In this document: positions 31,539 to 44,872 of the stretch, piece after piece
How the letters are laid out: each line of letters begins with the position of its first letter
How positions within the stretch are numbered: position 1 is the stretch's first letter
Origin: Candidatus Dojkabacteria bacterium
Lineage (GTDB): Bacteria; Patescibacteriota; Dojkabacteria; J137
Assembly (NCBI GenBank): GCA_030950485.1
Contig: JAUZRK010000015.1
Span: forward strand, 2,010-66,009
Direction of reading: 5' to 3'
Length of the DNA: 64,000 nt
Notes under the pieces: generated by a model
Told to the model about the DNA's origin: nothing
Seen by the model: only the letters and a program-made list of their open reading frames with translations
Databases searched by the model: none
Made by a program: the position numbers and the translations under genes

Positions 31539-31562
31539 AATTATTTATTAACTAAGACTTAA

Positions 31563-34500
31563 CTAAGCAGCCTGTACTATAGGTTTACCTTTACTGTTAG
31601 TATCAGATCTCTTCATAAAATCGGCTCTGTCAGATTTCTCAAAATCTCCTACTGGGCTAATATTTAATTGAGTATTGTAACTTGTAGGTAGACCTTGGGG
31701 ATCTGAAATTGTGAATACAATATTTGGTATTTGACCAGAATAATTTAAATCAGTAGGTGTAAAGGTTACATCTCCTGTTCTATTATTCACTGTGAATGTC
31801 CCGATACTATCTTCATTACCTACTTCTACAGGTGAAAAATCCTCATCTAACCCCACAGTAGTTATACCTCCAGTAAATGGAATTATATTTCCATCAATTG
31901 TAATGTTTGATAGTCTCAATTCGTTTAAATTATTGTCAACATCTTCAATTATTTCTATATTATCTTGGTCAGTGAAGGCATTAAATCTAGCTTCCTCTGT
32001 TTGATCAAAATTTAGAACCCTTCCGTTTGTTCCAAAATCTCTAATCACTTCAGGTTCATCATTAACTGAGCCAACAAAGACTCCATTAACAGCTACTGTA
32101 GTAGTTCCTCCACCAGAATCACTTACTCCAAAAACAAATCTTGGAACTTCACCATGAAAATTTAACTCAGGTGTGAAGTTTACGATACCAGTTTCTGGAT
32201 CTACCTCAATATGACCGACTATATTATTACCATCTGCGTCGTAGATTGCTACAGGTTCTTTAAAATCACTTGAAATATGAATTGTATCTTCTCCTGTGAT
32301 AACTCTAACGTCTGTGATTCTTGGGACATCTCCTTCATCAATATTTTCAACATAATCAAAGACACTTATTATAGAAGTAGTATCTTCTTCAATTTTTATC
32401 GTAGGTACGTTTTTTATTGTTGTAGGTGCGTCATTAACAGGATCTACTATTATATCTAATCTTTGAGATGCTGTTGAAATTCCGTCACTAACATTTACTT
32501 CAACATAAGGAACTGCTCCATTAAAGTTTTCAGTTGATCTAAAGAAAATATTTTCAGTTCCATTATTAACACTCAGTGTCCCAATAATTTCCCCTTTTGC
32601 ATTTAGTACCTCAATATTATTGGCACCCCCAGTTACTCCTATTGTCTCTCCATTAATTACTACATCAGTTATATTAAGAGCATCTCCACCAACATCAGTT
32701 ACATTATCAAATACATTATTTACAAAGATGTTTGTATCTTCGTTACCGGTTACCTCAATCGTGCTTATTGCTACTACGGGGCATCATTAACCGGAGTTAC
32801 AGTAATATCTAGCAATGTTGAATCGTATTCACCATTCCCGTCTCCAACATAAACTCTTGGCATCTCTGGAGTTCCATTATAATCCTGCGCTGGATCAAAC
32901 CAAGTACTTCCATCAGATGCTATAGCTAAGGTTCCTGCAATTACAGTGTTGTCCGCGGAGTCATTTACTGGTATAAATGTATATCCTGTCTGATCTAGAT
33001 AATGCCACTCATTGTTAATATAAACGGCAGCTACATTTAAGTTATCTCCATCAACATCAGTAAAATTATCTAATACATTAGGTAGTTGAGCAAAGTCTGT
33101 GAAATCACTAGAATAATCTTCTTCAATTTCAAATGGAATAGTTGGACTAAGTGCTTCGGGAGCGTCATTAACAGCAGCAGCTGATGTAGTAGCTGTAAAA
33201 CTAGTCCCTCCTGCTAAAGAAACTGTAATAGTTCCTATATCACCATTAAAGTTTTCAGGGGTAACTATGCTAACATCTCCATTTTTGCTTACTAATATTG
33301 CTACTGTTTCACCAGTTTCTAATGTTATATTTGTTGGCGAACCAATTTTGATTTCAACATCTCCAATTGTAATAGACTCAATTTGTACAGAGCCATTCAT
33401 ACTATCGAAATTATCTTTGATATTTCCAACTATATTCCAATCGTTATTTCCATCTTCATTTGAATCATAATCTTCTACTGTAGTTAGTGTAAGATTATCA
33501 TCATGAATTATTGGAGGCAATACTTCAAGTAAACCTTGAACATACTCTGAGTTATAACTATTGCTTTGCCAAATTACTTCTCCAGTACTATTAGTAGTAT
33601 GAGTCATTCTAGTTACTCCAGACTCATCTTCAATAAAGTAGTATTTATTACCTGCAGTATCCTCAGTAAAACCATACTCTATAGTTTCTGTTCCTATGTC
33701 TGTTACTCTTGTAAACTCATTTAGAGTAATAGTATCTCTTGTTAATTCTACTGTTTCGCCAGTTTCTTCATTAACAATAATTGCAGGCTCTCCTTCTTCA
33801 GTGTATAGAATTGCATAATCTATATTTAGCTCTGGTCTAACTGTAAAGTCTCCTCCAATAGAGTCTTTGTCGTGATAGTAAGTCTCACCATCTTGCTCTA
33901 CCGGATATAAGTTTCTTCCATCATCAGTTACAATAACTTCTCCTTCAACATAATTGAAACTATTACCTGGATCTCCGTAAACTAGAACTGCATCATCATT
34001 TGAATTTATATAGCTAACACTACTAATATAAGTACCATTAACTGTAATTTCTAATTGTTCATGTCCACCATTGTTGGTAGGTGCATATATTGTATAGTCA
34101 TTACTTCCATCTACATTCTCACTAATAGGAACAAATGTCGTCTCATTACTTCCATTTGATGAATCTTGGATGTAAAATCCAACAACTTCGTCCGCTTCAT
34201 TTGTCGCTACAAATACTGTATCGTTACCTTTTGCTATTCCTGCATTTCCACTTAATACAACTTGTTCACCTGCGTTATCAACAGTAATATGAGTAACTCC
34301 AGCAGCTTCTGCTAATTCACTATTTGTAACTATAAGAAGATTATCATCAGTATCATTATCTAATATTATATAGCCATCATCATTGTCCACTTCTATAGAA
34401 CCCAGCGGATTAGTATAAACTGTTTGTGCAGTTGCATTTGTAGTAGTGCTGCTTTGAATTTGGGCTATAGTTAAGTCAGCTACTGTTGTTTCAAGATAAT

Positions 34501-36830
34501 TAGTATCTCCCTCTCCCGATGCTACCCATCCAGTGTGCTCAGAACCAATGTTATCTTCGAAAGTAACTTCTAACCATGTAATACCTTCGTTATAAACGCT
34601 ATTGCCTGTTAGAGTTAAAGTATCTCCATCTGATATTGTAACTTCTGTATATCCATCTGGGTAAGTTACTTCATCAGAATTTGTTGAAGGGAAGCTTCTG
34701 AAATTTAAGTCAGCTTCGTTCGTAGCAACAGTTACAGTGGTATTAGCTTCGTGCTCTACTCTAGTATGAGTATTCTCATTACCTGATACAGTTTTGCTAA
34801 ATCTCCTATTTGTATGTTTATCATCATTACTATCTTTATCAGTACTATCACTAGAATGTTTTGATCTTACAGCCTTTATATGTTTATTTTCTTCTTTAGA
34901 TTCATCAGTTACAGTTAATGCTATTTTTGCAACACTTACTGTTCCATCCTTATTATCAATAATCTTATCTGTAACGATTTCTTTGTGATTTGCTGATAGT
35001 ATTTCAATCTCCTCTTGCTTACCTGCATCATCAAAAATTATCATTTTCGTAGATCCACCTTTGCTCGTATCTCTTGGATCATTAGGTGTAAACTTGAAGA
35101 TATTCTCACCTTCTTTGAAATAAACTGAACCATCTTTGTCTACTAATGTGGTATCGGTTTGTTTAAGTTCTTCTCTTAAATCTACTTTACTCGGGTCATA
35201 AACGATTATGTTTAATTGAGAAGCTACATATAACTGTATAGTTCTTAACATTAAATCAACTCTAGATTGAGCTAATTCAATATTTTCTTCTATTTGATCT
35301 CCTGCTTTTGCTAGAGATAACTCTAATATTTGAGTGATTTGTTCGCTTAGGAAATAAGCATTGGTAATTGCATTTTCTGTAACTAAAGTGGTTATTTCAC
35401 TTACTTTGTGTGCTAACTGATTTGCATTTAATTTAGCAGTTTCGACTGTATCGTTTACAGCTCTAGCAGTATCGATAAAATGAACTAGCGGAGTTGCCTC
35501 TATAGCTTCCGATGTTTCAGTAGCGTAATGATGCAAGATAGTTCCTAATTGATCATTTAATCCATGAAATGTATGCATAGCATCTTCTACTGTTTCTTAT
35601 TGTCCAATATATGAACTTCCTAAAATTGCTGATCCAAATGTTAAATTCGTAAGTCCATTAGCTGCCGCACTAACAGTATGTCCAAAATTTAATGCAGTAC
35701 TAACTGTGGTGCTAAGTGCTGCTCCATGGTAATAAGTTGCAATAAATGTTGCCGCTGAGTTATCTGACTCAAGAGCTGCGTTTCTCATAGACTCGCTTGC
35801 AGTTACTTCAATAGAGAAGTTTTTTAGGCCATACTCTAATGCTAGTCCAACTGGTCCAAATAAAGTCTTTAGTAGGGTGCTTACTCCAGCTGCTCCTGCC
35901 ATCATCATTAATTTTTGATTTGCCAATGCAATTTGCTCAGGATCTCCAGATTTTAATTGCATATCAATTTCTACAAGCATTATTCTCTGTGGGCTATTAG
36001 GATTTCTCAAGCTATTAATCATCTGACCACTTGTATATAAGCTATATACAGAGGCAGCGCTTTGTCCAAAAACTAAAGCCATTCCTCCTCCTGCTATAAA
36101 TCCAAATTTTGCGCCAATTTCAGCTGCTTTAGTAGCTCCCTCTAATGTTACTCCTCCGACACTATTTGCTAGGGTAGATGGTAAAGTCGCTCCTTTTTTA
36201 CTAGCTAGTTTGTATAATTCAACTAACTGAATAGGCTTACCATTAATATCGGTAACTCCCTGCTCTAATGCATTAGCTAATCCTTTAATATTTATAAATT
36301 TGAAATTTGATTGATCTAACTCAATCAATAGTTTGTTTAGTGCTCCATTTTCTAAAAGCGCATTTAATTTATCAGGGTCTAAAGTTCCATCTGCAGTTAA
36401 AAATTTAAAATCATCTTCTAGATTCATGTTTATTGTCTTGAAGACATCTAGAAAAGAGGTATCTGTAGCTGTTTTCCTAGTAATTTAAGTTCAATAGATC
36501 TAGCTAATGTTCTAAATCCTGTCTGTGTAAACACTTTAGAAAGAGCTGTTTCTGAAAACGCTCTTATTTCAGAGCTTGCCATTCTTACAGACTCTCTGGC
36601 AGAATTCCACATGTTTCCTACTCTTTGGAAAAAGCCAACTTCTTCATTTTCTGTTATTTCTCTTTGAACTATGTTGCCTGTATGAGCAGCTATAGTTGTT
36701 TTCATTGCAATGCTTTGTAAATCCTCATCACCGAAAACTATTCTGGCCATATTCTCAGCAGCGCTTCTTAATTGATTGAAGCCGTTAGAAATATCATTAA
36801 TTAACCCGCTATCTGTTTCTGAATCTGTAA
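31563..36830 (-). pseudogene. Giant surface protein/adhesin (about 1750 aa): G/A-rich hydrophobic N-region, SH3-like domain, tandem VNDAP Ig/cadherin-like repeats; lesions at about 36475 (frameshift), 35597 (in-frame TAA), about 32778 (frameshift)
   Basis: Pieces 36448-36750, 35597-36427, 32774-35578 and 31563-32777 join by single lesions; repeats VNDAP..EED...D.DGD.L, LNFRSFPS SH3-like motif; start codon not resolved. Confidence 0.75.
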
Positions 36831-37226
36831 TAAGATCACTTCAGCTTATAGTTATATCAACCACGATTATCGAAATAAAAACATATATAATAACTATGCA
36901 ACAACTATATCATTGTTATGTAATTATGGCAACGCCTGGCATCACTATACAATCACTTGTAGAAAAAATCTTAATATGGGTCTTGAGTATAATTAGTCCA
37001 AATACACTTGTCATATAAGATATCAATTTAATAATGAGATAAGATTATTTAGAGTGTTTACATTTTTTACTATATATGTTTAAATACGCGTGGAAATAAG
37101 AACCTTAAAGAGAATTGATAAAGAAAAAATACAGATTTTCTGCAACCTATTTGAAGTATGAAAACGATCGCTCCAAGATGCTATTGTAAATATTTAGTTA
37201 TAGCGCTATAATTCGGCGTCAGGTAC

Positions 37227-37487
37227 ATGTCTTTAAAAAATAAAACAACCGAAACTGAAGAGGAAAGGATAAAAAGAATGAAGAGTCAGTCTTATAAGCT
37301 ATTCTTCAGAGTCTCTCTAATAGTTGTAGTACCGGCAATGCTGAGTACTTTAATAGGCTATCTTATAGATAGAAAATTTGATATAAAACCATACGGAACG
37401 CTAGGAAGCTTACTGTTCTTTTATATTGTAACCTGGGTCGTTTTAGCACTATTTTTAAAAAAGTCAGTTTTTAAAAACAATGAATAA
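37227..37487 (+). CDS. AtpZ/AtpI-family ATP synthase accessory protein
   Basis: Two TM helices, GYLIDRKFDIKPYG motif, first gene of the atp operon. Confidence 0.8.
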   Translation: MSLKNKTTETEEERIKRMKSQSYKLFFRVSLIVVVPAMLSTLIGYLIDRKFDIKPYGTLGSLLFFYIVTWVVLALFLKKSVFKNNE

Positions 37488-38289
37488 CTTTTTTGATTTT
37501 GTAACAATTGAAACAACTGATATTTCTATTGTTTCTGAAAGACTCTTTGAAATAAAGGAGATAGGTCTCAAGGTAACAGGTCCAATGATTACCGTCTTAT
37601 TTACAACATTCTTACTTATTATTGCTGCATTCTTTCTGAATGCATTTTTTATCAAAAAAGAAGGTGCACCAGGTAAAATTCAATCTTCTTTAGAATTATT
37701 ATATATCCAATTAAGTGATCTGATAGCAAAAATAGTAGGTGATAAAGAAGTTGGTCGAAAAATAATGCCAGCCATTTCTGCAGTTTTTGTATATATTCTT
37801 ATTGATAATGTACTTGGAATACTTATACCTTTTTTAGGAGCAGTTACTTATGATGGAAGTAGTATTTTTGTTACTAGTACTAGTGATTTAAATACAACTT
37901 TTGGAATAGCATCTACAGTTGTTTTATGGACTCATTATGAAAGCATAAAGAAAAACAATCCTATTAAACATATTCTGAAATTTATTAAATTAGATTCAGT
38001 TGCTAATGGAATTAAGAAAGGTCCAGGAGGAGTAGGACTTGCTTTAATTGATGTTTTTATAGGAATATTAGATATAGTTTCTGAGTTTGCAAAATCTTTA
38101 TCTCTTTCACTAAGATTATTTGGTAACATGTTTGCTGGTGAAGTTTTGATGACTCTTTTATTAAGTTCTTTTGCCTTAGTTCTACCTATAAGTTTGATGT
38201 TTATGGGTATTTTTACTGGAACATTACAAGCGTTAGTTTTTGCGGCTCTTAGTGCATCGTACTTTGGAGCAGCTTTAAAAGATGATTAA
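37480..38289 (+). CDS. atpB: F0 subunit a
   Basis: SLSLRLFGNMFAGE, LQALVF..L, TSDLNTT. Confidence 0.95.
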   Translation: MNNFFDFVTIETTDISIVSERLFEIKEIGLKVTGPMITVLFTTFLLIIAAFFLNAFFIKKEGAPGKIQSSLELLYIQLSDLIAKIVGDKEVGRKIMPAISAVFVYILIDNVLGILIPFLGAVTYDGSSIFVTSTSDLNTTFGIASTVVLWTHYESIKKNNPIKHILKFIKLDSVANGIKKGPGGVGLALIDVFIGILDIVSEFAKSLSLSLRLFGNMFAGEVLMTLLLSSFALVLPISLMFMGIFTGTLQALVFAALSASYFGAALKDD

Positions 38290-38377
38290 TAATTAGTGAT
38301 TAGTAATTAATAATAATTAGAGAAATTTAAATCTCTAAGTAATTAATTCATAATTTTTAATTTTTAATTCAAACAAA

Positions 38378-38593
38378 ATGGGAGTAGAAGGAGCAACAGC
38401 TTTTGCTAAAGCAATTATAATATTAGCAATGATGCCTACAGCTTTAGCTGAAGGAATGTTAGTATCAAGCGCTTTTAGAGCGATTGGTAGAAATCCAAAG
38501 CTTGAGGAAACATTATTTCCAAAAGTAATTATCTCTGTAGCTTTAGTTGAGTCTACAGCTATCTATGCTCTAGTAGCATTCTTTACTTTATAA
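38378..38593 (+). CDS. atpE: F0 subunit c (Na+-binding signature)
   Basis: RNP loop, ALVESTAIY. Confidence 0.95.
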   Translation: MGVEGATAFAKAIIILAMMPTALAEGMLVSSAFRAIGRNPKLEETLFPKVIISVALVESTAIYALVAFFTL

Positions 38594-38637
38594 GTTTTAA
38601 TATCTTTCTTAACTAATGGTTAAGATTGTTTAGCAAT

Positions 38638-39150
38638 ATGGATATACAAGAAATTTTTGACAAAATAGGATTTGACTTTAAAATGGCTATTTTTAACATG
38701 GTTAATTTTCTAGTCTTTTTCTTTATTCTTCATAAATTTGTTTTTGGTAAAATAGCAAAGATTATTGAAGAGAGAAACAACAAAATAGAGACTGGTTTGA
38801 AAGATGCAGAGGCTGCAAAGCAAGCAAAAAATCATGCAGAAGAAACAGCATTAGATATAGTTAGAGAAGCTAGTGAAAAGGCTAATACTATAATTGCTGA
38901 ATCTAAGAGTTCTGCAAATAAAGAAGTATCTGAAATAAAAGATAAAGCTCAAATAGAGATAAAGGACATGAAAGATAGAGCTAAAAAACAGCTTGAGACT
39001 GAAAAACAGGAAGTAATGGGAGAAATCAAAGAGAAGACAGCAGATCTTGCTATTCAGGCCACAGAAAAAATCATTGGTGAAAAAATCAATGATAAAAAAG
39101 ATAAAGAAATTATTAATGACTATCTAAACAAGATAGATCCAAATGTATAA
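38638..39150 (+). CDS. atpF: F0 subunit b
   Basis: N-terminal TM NFLVFFFILHKF, coiled coil ERNNKI..GL; ATG at 38638 preferred to TTG at 38626. Confidence 0.9.
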   Translation: MDIQEIFDKIGFDFKMAIFNMVNFLVFFFILHKFVFGKIAKIIEERNNKIETGLKDAEAAKQAKNHAEETALDIVREASEKANTIIAESKSSANKEVSEIKDKAQIEIKDMKDRAKKQLETEKQEVMGEIKEKTADLAIQATEKIIGEKINDKKDKEIINDYLNKIDPNV

Positions 39151-39152
39151 AA

Positions 39153-39392
39153 ATGAAAAATAATAAAGAAGAAAAAGATCAAAAGAAAAACATTATAACT
39201 TTGGTTGCTGCTCATAAAATAAGTAGTGAGTCAGTTAAAATTGTTAAAGAAAAATTTGGTGAAGATTATGAAATTAAAGAAATAATAGATGCCTCTTTGC
39301 TAGGTGGAATTATCGTTAAAAGTGATAAGAAAATCTTTGATGGATCTGTTAAAACCAAGTTACAAAACTTACATGAATCATTAAAAAAATAA
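39153..39392 (+). CDS. atpH: F1 subunit delta, short form (C-terminal domain only)
   Basis: [11 protein letters not shown]...[10 protein letters not shown]; position between atpF and atpA. Confidence 0.85.
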   Translation: MKNNKEEKDQKKNIITLVAAHKISSESVKIVKEKFGEDYEIKEIIDASLLGGIIVKSDKKIFDGSVKTKLQNLHESLKK

Positions 39393-39423
39393 TGATTCTG
39401 TTTTATTTATAATAAAATTTAGT

Positions 39424-40914
39424 ATGAATAAAGCTGATACTATAGTTGATGACATAAAAAAAGATATCGAAGATTTTGAGATTGATTCTGATACAGAAGA
39501 AGTTGGTGAAGTTATTGAGGTAAAGGATGGAATTGCGAAAATAAGAGGATTAATGTCTTGCGGCTCAAATGAGATGTTAGATCTTCCGCATGGAGTAATA
39601 GGATTAGCACTAAACCTTGAGAAAGAGACAGTAGGGGCTATTTTATTAGGTGACTATATTAAAATTAAACAAGGAGATATTGTAAAAAGGACAAGGAAAA
39701 TCATGTCAATCCCTGTCGGAGATAAAATGATAGGTAGAGTAGTAAATGCTCTTGGAGAGTCTATCGATGGGGAGGGAAAAATAGAGACTAGCAAAACAAT
39801 GCCTATTGAAAGAGTAGCACCTGGTGTTATTACAAGAGAGCCAGTCTCAGTACCTTTACAAACTGGAATAAAATCTATTGATGCTTTAATTCCAATTGGA
39901 AGAGGACAAAGAGAATTAATTCTTGGCGATCGACAAACAGGAAAGACTGCTCTTGCTATAGATACTATCATCAATCAAAAAGGACAAAATGTTATTTGTG
40001 TTTACGTTACAGTAGGTCAAAAGGCAAGTAAAATTGCTACTCTAGTTTCAAAACTTAGAGAGGCTGGAGCAATGGAATACACAACTGTTGTTTTAGCTGG
40101 TGCAAGTGAACCAGCCCCAATGCTTTATCTAGCTCCTTACTCTGGAGTTACTATAGCTGAATATTTTGCTGATCAAGGTAAAGATGTATTAGTTATTTAT
40201 GATGATCTTACTAAGCAAGCTATTGCTTATAGAGAAATGTCATTACTATTAAAAAGACCACCAGGACGTGAAGCTTACCCAGGAGACGTATTCTACTTAC
40301 ACTCAAGACTATTAGAAAGAGCTTGTAATCTAAACGATGATTTTGGTGGCGGTTCTATTACTGCCTTACCAATTATTGAAACGCAAGCAGGTGATATTAG
40401 TGCATATGTTCCAACAAACGTTATCTCTATTACAGATGGTCAAATATTTTTAGACACAGGTCTTTTCTATAAGGGAATGAGACCAGCTATTAATGTTGGA
40501 TCTTCAGTTTCTAGAGTTGGAAGTGCTGCTCAAATCAAACCGATGAAAAAAGTTGCAGGAAAATTAAAACTTGAACATGCTCAATTTAGAGAATTAGAAG
40601 CATTTGCAGAGTTTGCAAGTGATCTTGATGAAACAACCAAAAATAAAATTGATAGAGGTAAAAGATTAAGTGAAATCTTAAAGCAGAAACAGTACTCTCC
40701 TATGAAAGTAGAAGAGCAAGTAATTTCAATTTTTGCTGTAAATGAAGGTTTCTTTGATGATGTAGATACAAAAGAAGTATCAGAATTAGAAGGAAAATTA
40801 ATTGAACATTTTAAGAATTTGAAAAAAGATCTGTTAGCTAAATTAGAGGCTGGAGAATGGAGTGATGAAATTGTAGATGAGATAAAGAAAGGGTTAGAAG
40901 AATTTAAGAAATAA
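39424..40914 (+). CDS. atpA: F1 subunit alpha
   Basis: [30 protein letters not shown]. Confidence 0.98.
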   Translation: MNKADTIVDDIKKDIEDFEIDSDTEEVGEVIEVKDGIAKIRGLMSCGSNEMLDLPHGVIGLALNLEKETVGAILLGDYIKIKQGDIVKRTRKIMSIPVGDKMIGRVVNALGESIDGEGKIETSKTMPIERVAPGVITREPVSVPLQTGIKSIDALIPIGRGQRELILGDRQTGKTALAIDTIINQKGQNVICVYVTVGQKASKIATLVSKLREAGAMEYTTVVLAGASEPAPMLYLAPYSGVTIAEYFADQGKDVLVIYDDLTKQAIAYREMSLLLKRPPGREAYPGDVFYLHSRLLERACNLNDDFGGGSITALPIIETQAGDISAYVPTNVISITDGQIFLDTGLFYKGMRPAINVGSSVSRVGSAAQIKPMKKVAGKLKLEHAQFRELEAFAEFASDLDETTKNKIDRGKRLSEILKQKQYSPMKVEEQVISIFAVNEGFFDDVDTKEVSELEGKLIEHFKNLKKDLLAKLEAGEWSDEIVDEIKKGLEEFKK

Positions 40915-40919
40915 TTTAG

Positions 40920-40947
40920 TGAAGGCGACAATGCATTGTCGCCTTCA
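40920..40947. repeat. Perfect palindrome between atpA and atpG
   Basis: tgaaggcgacaatg/cattgtcgccttca. Confidence 0.8.
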
Positions 40948-40961
40948 TAAACCTACATACA

Positions 40962-41873
40962 ATGGCAATAAACACTAAGGCAATCAAAACAAGGATTCAA
41001 TCAGTAGAGAACACGAAGAAGATAACTCGTGCAATGCAGATGATTGCTGCGGTAAAAATGAAGAAGGCTGTTAATGCAGCTATTAGAACAAGAGAATATA
41101 GTGAACTTTCTTACGATCTTATGAGAAATCTAGCAGGCACTGAGCTCAATCATCCCTTAGCAAAAATACGTAAGGCAAAGAACTGTCTTCTTATAGTTCA
41201 TACTTCAAATAGAGGCCTTTGCGGTAGTTACAATGCTAATATAATTAGATCAGTAAGTGAATATATTGATAATAACTCTGATGTTAATTTTTCAATGATT
41301 GCTTTAGGTAATAAAGCAGCAAGGGTAGCTAAAAATTATAATCTGGAATTAGTTGGATTATATGAAAAGTTAAATGAGAACCCTAAATATGAAGATATAA
41401 TTCCTCTTGCTAAGGAAATGACTGATAAATTTATTGATAACGATATAGATCAAGTCATTGTAGCTTATACAAATTATATTTCAGGACTAAATCAACAAGT
41501 AGAATTACGTGAGATCTTACCTTTCAAGAAAAAATCTATAGAAGATTTTTATAAGAATGCAGGATCAAGAAATGAAAGTGAAGAAATTGGTGAAAAAGGA
41601 ATTGATTCAAAAGATGAATATGAATTTGAACCAAAAAAATCAGAGGTTCTAAAATATATAATTCCGATACTTGTAGAAATACAACTTTATCAAGCATTAT
41701 TAGAATCAACTGCAAGTGAGCATAGTAGTAGGATGATTGCTATGAAAAATGCAAGCGATGCTGCAGGAGATATGATTGATGACTTAACTTTACAATTTAA
41801 TAAAGGTAGACAGGCTGCTATTACACAAGAAATTAGTGAAATAGTTGCAGGAGCATCTGCTTTAGATAACTAA
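40962..41873 (+). CDS. atpG: F1 subunit gamma
   Basis: KITRAMQMIAA, NRGLCGSYN, ASEHSSRMIAM, RQAAITQEISEIVAG. Confidence 0.98.
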   Translation: MAINTKAIKTRIQSVENTKKITRAMQMIAAVKMKKAVNAAIRTREYSELSYDLMRNLAGTELNHPLAKIRKAKNCLLIVHTSNRGLCGSYNANIIRSVSEYIDNNSDVNFSMIALGNKAARVAKNYNLELVGLYEKLNENPKYEDIIPLAKEMTDKFIDNDIDQVIVAYTNYISGLNQQVELREILPFKKKSIEDFYKNAGSRNESEEIGEKGIDSKDEYEFEPKKSEVLKYIIPILVEIQLYQALLESTASEHSSRMIAMKNASDAAGDMIDDLTLQFNKGRQAAITQEISEIVAGASALDN

Positions 41874-42405
41874 TGAGAGAAATAGAACTTAAATATAAGA
41901 TAAATGATAACCAAGATATAATTGGAATTCTTAATTCGTTAGGTTGTGATTTATCTGGTGAGATAGTTCAGAAGGATAAGGTTTACTCTAGAAAAATTGA
42001 TAATAAACATAGTGTTTTTAGAATAAGAACTCAAGAATATAGAGGAATTGAAAAGACTCTGTTGACATTAAAGCAAGATATTACTAGCGAGTTAGATTGT
42101 CTTGAAAGTGAAATTGAAGTTGACGATGCGGATAAGACTGAAGAAATGTTGGAATATTGGGATTTAAATTTGGAGTTGAGGTAAGTAAGAAGAGAAGAAA
42201 GGGGAATTGGAGAGGTGTTACTGTTTGTTTTGATACAGTAGAAGGACTGGGAGATTTCATAGAGCTAGAATATCTTACTGACGCAGAAGACGTAGACGCT
42301 GAACTTGAGATTAAAAAATTAGAAGGAAGAATGAGCGAAACTGGCATTGAAGGTTACGAAAGAGTATTTAAAGGATACGATAGCTTATTGCTAGAAAAAA
42401 AATAA
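41873..42405 (+). pseudogene. CYTH / class IV adenylate cyclase-like triphosphate tunnel protein, single frameshift at about 42153
   Basis: MREIELK (ExExK), RIR, LTLK, E.EIEV, KKRR, DTVEGLGDFIELE, GYD across ORFs 41873-42184 and 42157-42405. Confidence 0.85.
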
Positions 42406-42412
42406 TAATTAA

Positions 42413-43789
<1,377 letters not shown>

Positions 43790-43790
43790 A

Positions 43791-44210
43791 ATGATATTAA
43801 AAGTAGTAACTCCAGAAGGAAGAACCTTCGAAGGAGAAAAAATAAAATCAATAACACTTCCAACAAGTTCTGGGGTAATCACAGTAATGGATGAGCACGT
43901 TCCTCTTTTATCTATAATTACACCTGGTGGAATAGAAATTACAACTAGTGACGGCGAAGTTCATTTACTTGCTGTTTCTAGAGGAGTTTTAGAAGTTAGA
44001 AGAAATAGCATTATAGACATTCTTGCAGATACTGCTGAGAGAGCAGAAGTGATTGATATTGAAAGAGCTGAAGAGGCCAAGAAACGAGCTGAGGAATATT
44101 TAAAGAAGATGGAAGACATTGCAGATATAGAATTTGCTAGATTACAAGCTAAGATACAAAAAGAGCTTGCTAGGATTCAGATAGGAAAAAAATGGAAGAA
44201 ATTAAAATAG
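43791..44210 (+). CDS. atpC: F1 subunit epsilon
   Basis: VVTPEG, HVPLLS, ILADTAERAE.IDIERAEEAKKRAE. Confidence 0.95.
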   Translation: MILKVVTPEGRTFEGEKIKSITLPTSSGVITVMDEHVPLLSIITPGGIEITTSDGEVHLLAVSRGVLEVRRNSIIDILADTAERAEVIDIERAEEAKKRAEEYLKKMEDIADIEFARLQAKIQKELARIQIGKKWKKLK

Positions 44211-44229
44211 TATAGTTTAAAGAAAGTTT

Positions 44230-44259
44230 TATAGAGGTCGTAAATTTACGACCTCTATA
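44230..44259. terminator. Bidirectional terminator after the atp operon
   Basis: tatagaggtcgtaa/ttacgacctctata flanked by T-rich tracts. Confidence 0.75.
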
Positions 44260-44268
44260 TTTTTAGCT

Positions 44269-44714
44269 TTATTTAGCTGCAACTTCTGATTTATTCATAA
44301 ATCCAAGATATCCTGCAACAACTGTAGCAATAATCATTACTAATAATGATAGGAAGTAAGCAATTCCAAAGCTGAAATCAACTCCTAAGTCTTTAGCATC
44401 TGATCTTTCTGCCATTGTATAAAGAACAATAACAACTGCATTTACTAATGCAACTGCCATAGTAGCCTTCATTAACATTGCGGCCATTTCTTTTTTGAGC
44501 AATGGTAGAAGTGAAACAGCAACTCCAACAAGAGCTAACCCTAGAATAATAACTCTAGCTCTAGCTTCTCCATTCCATAAAGTAGTAGATTCTGTAACTT
44601 CCTCTCCTAAAAAAGAGATAGAAACTTTCATCCAATCTAATACAAAAACTAGAACAGCTGCTATAGCAAAGTGAACTGCTAGAATGTAAGGAGCATATTT
44701 TTAATCATTTCCAT
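44269..44714 (-). pseudogene. Four-TM membrane protein, frameshift in A-run at about 44698-44702
   Basis: ATG at 44714 (MEMIK), then YAPYILAVHFAIAAVLVFVLDW continuing in frame into ORF 44269-44631. Confidence 0.6.
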
Positions 44715-44872
44715 TAATAAAAAATAATAGATAAAATAATTAATATATGAGTTTACAGAAAAACAGCATGATATAAAGCAAAAAGACTTTGTTAATTCTT
44801 TTATTTTAGAGCACCTATGTATTAACTGATCAATTTAATCTTGCAAGTATCTAATTATTGTATAATTAACAA

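Noticed and set aside
36776-37018. 80-aa plus-strand ORF upstream of the atp operon
   Set aside because: TTG start, overlaps the adhesin 5' region on the opposite strand, no recognisable motif
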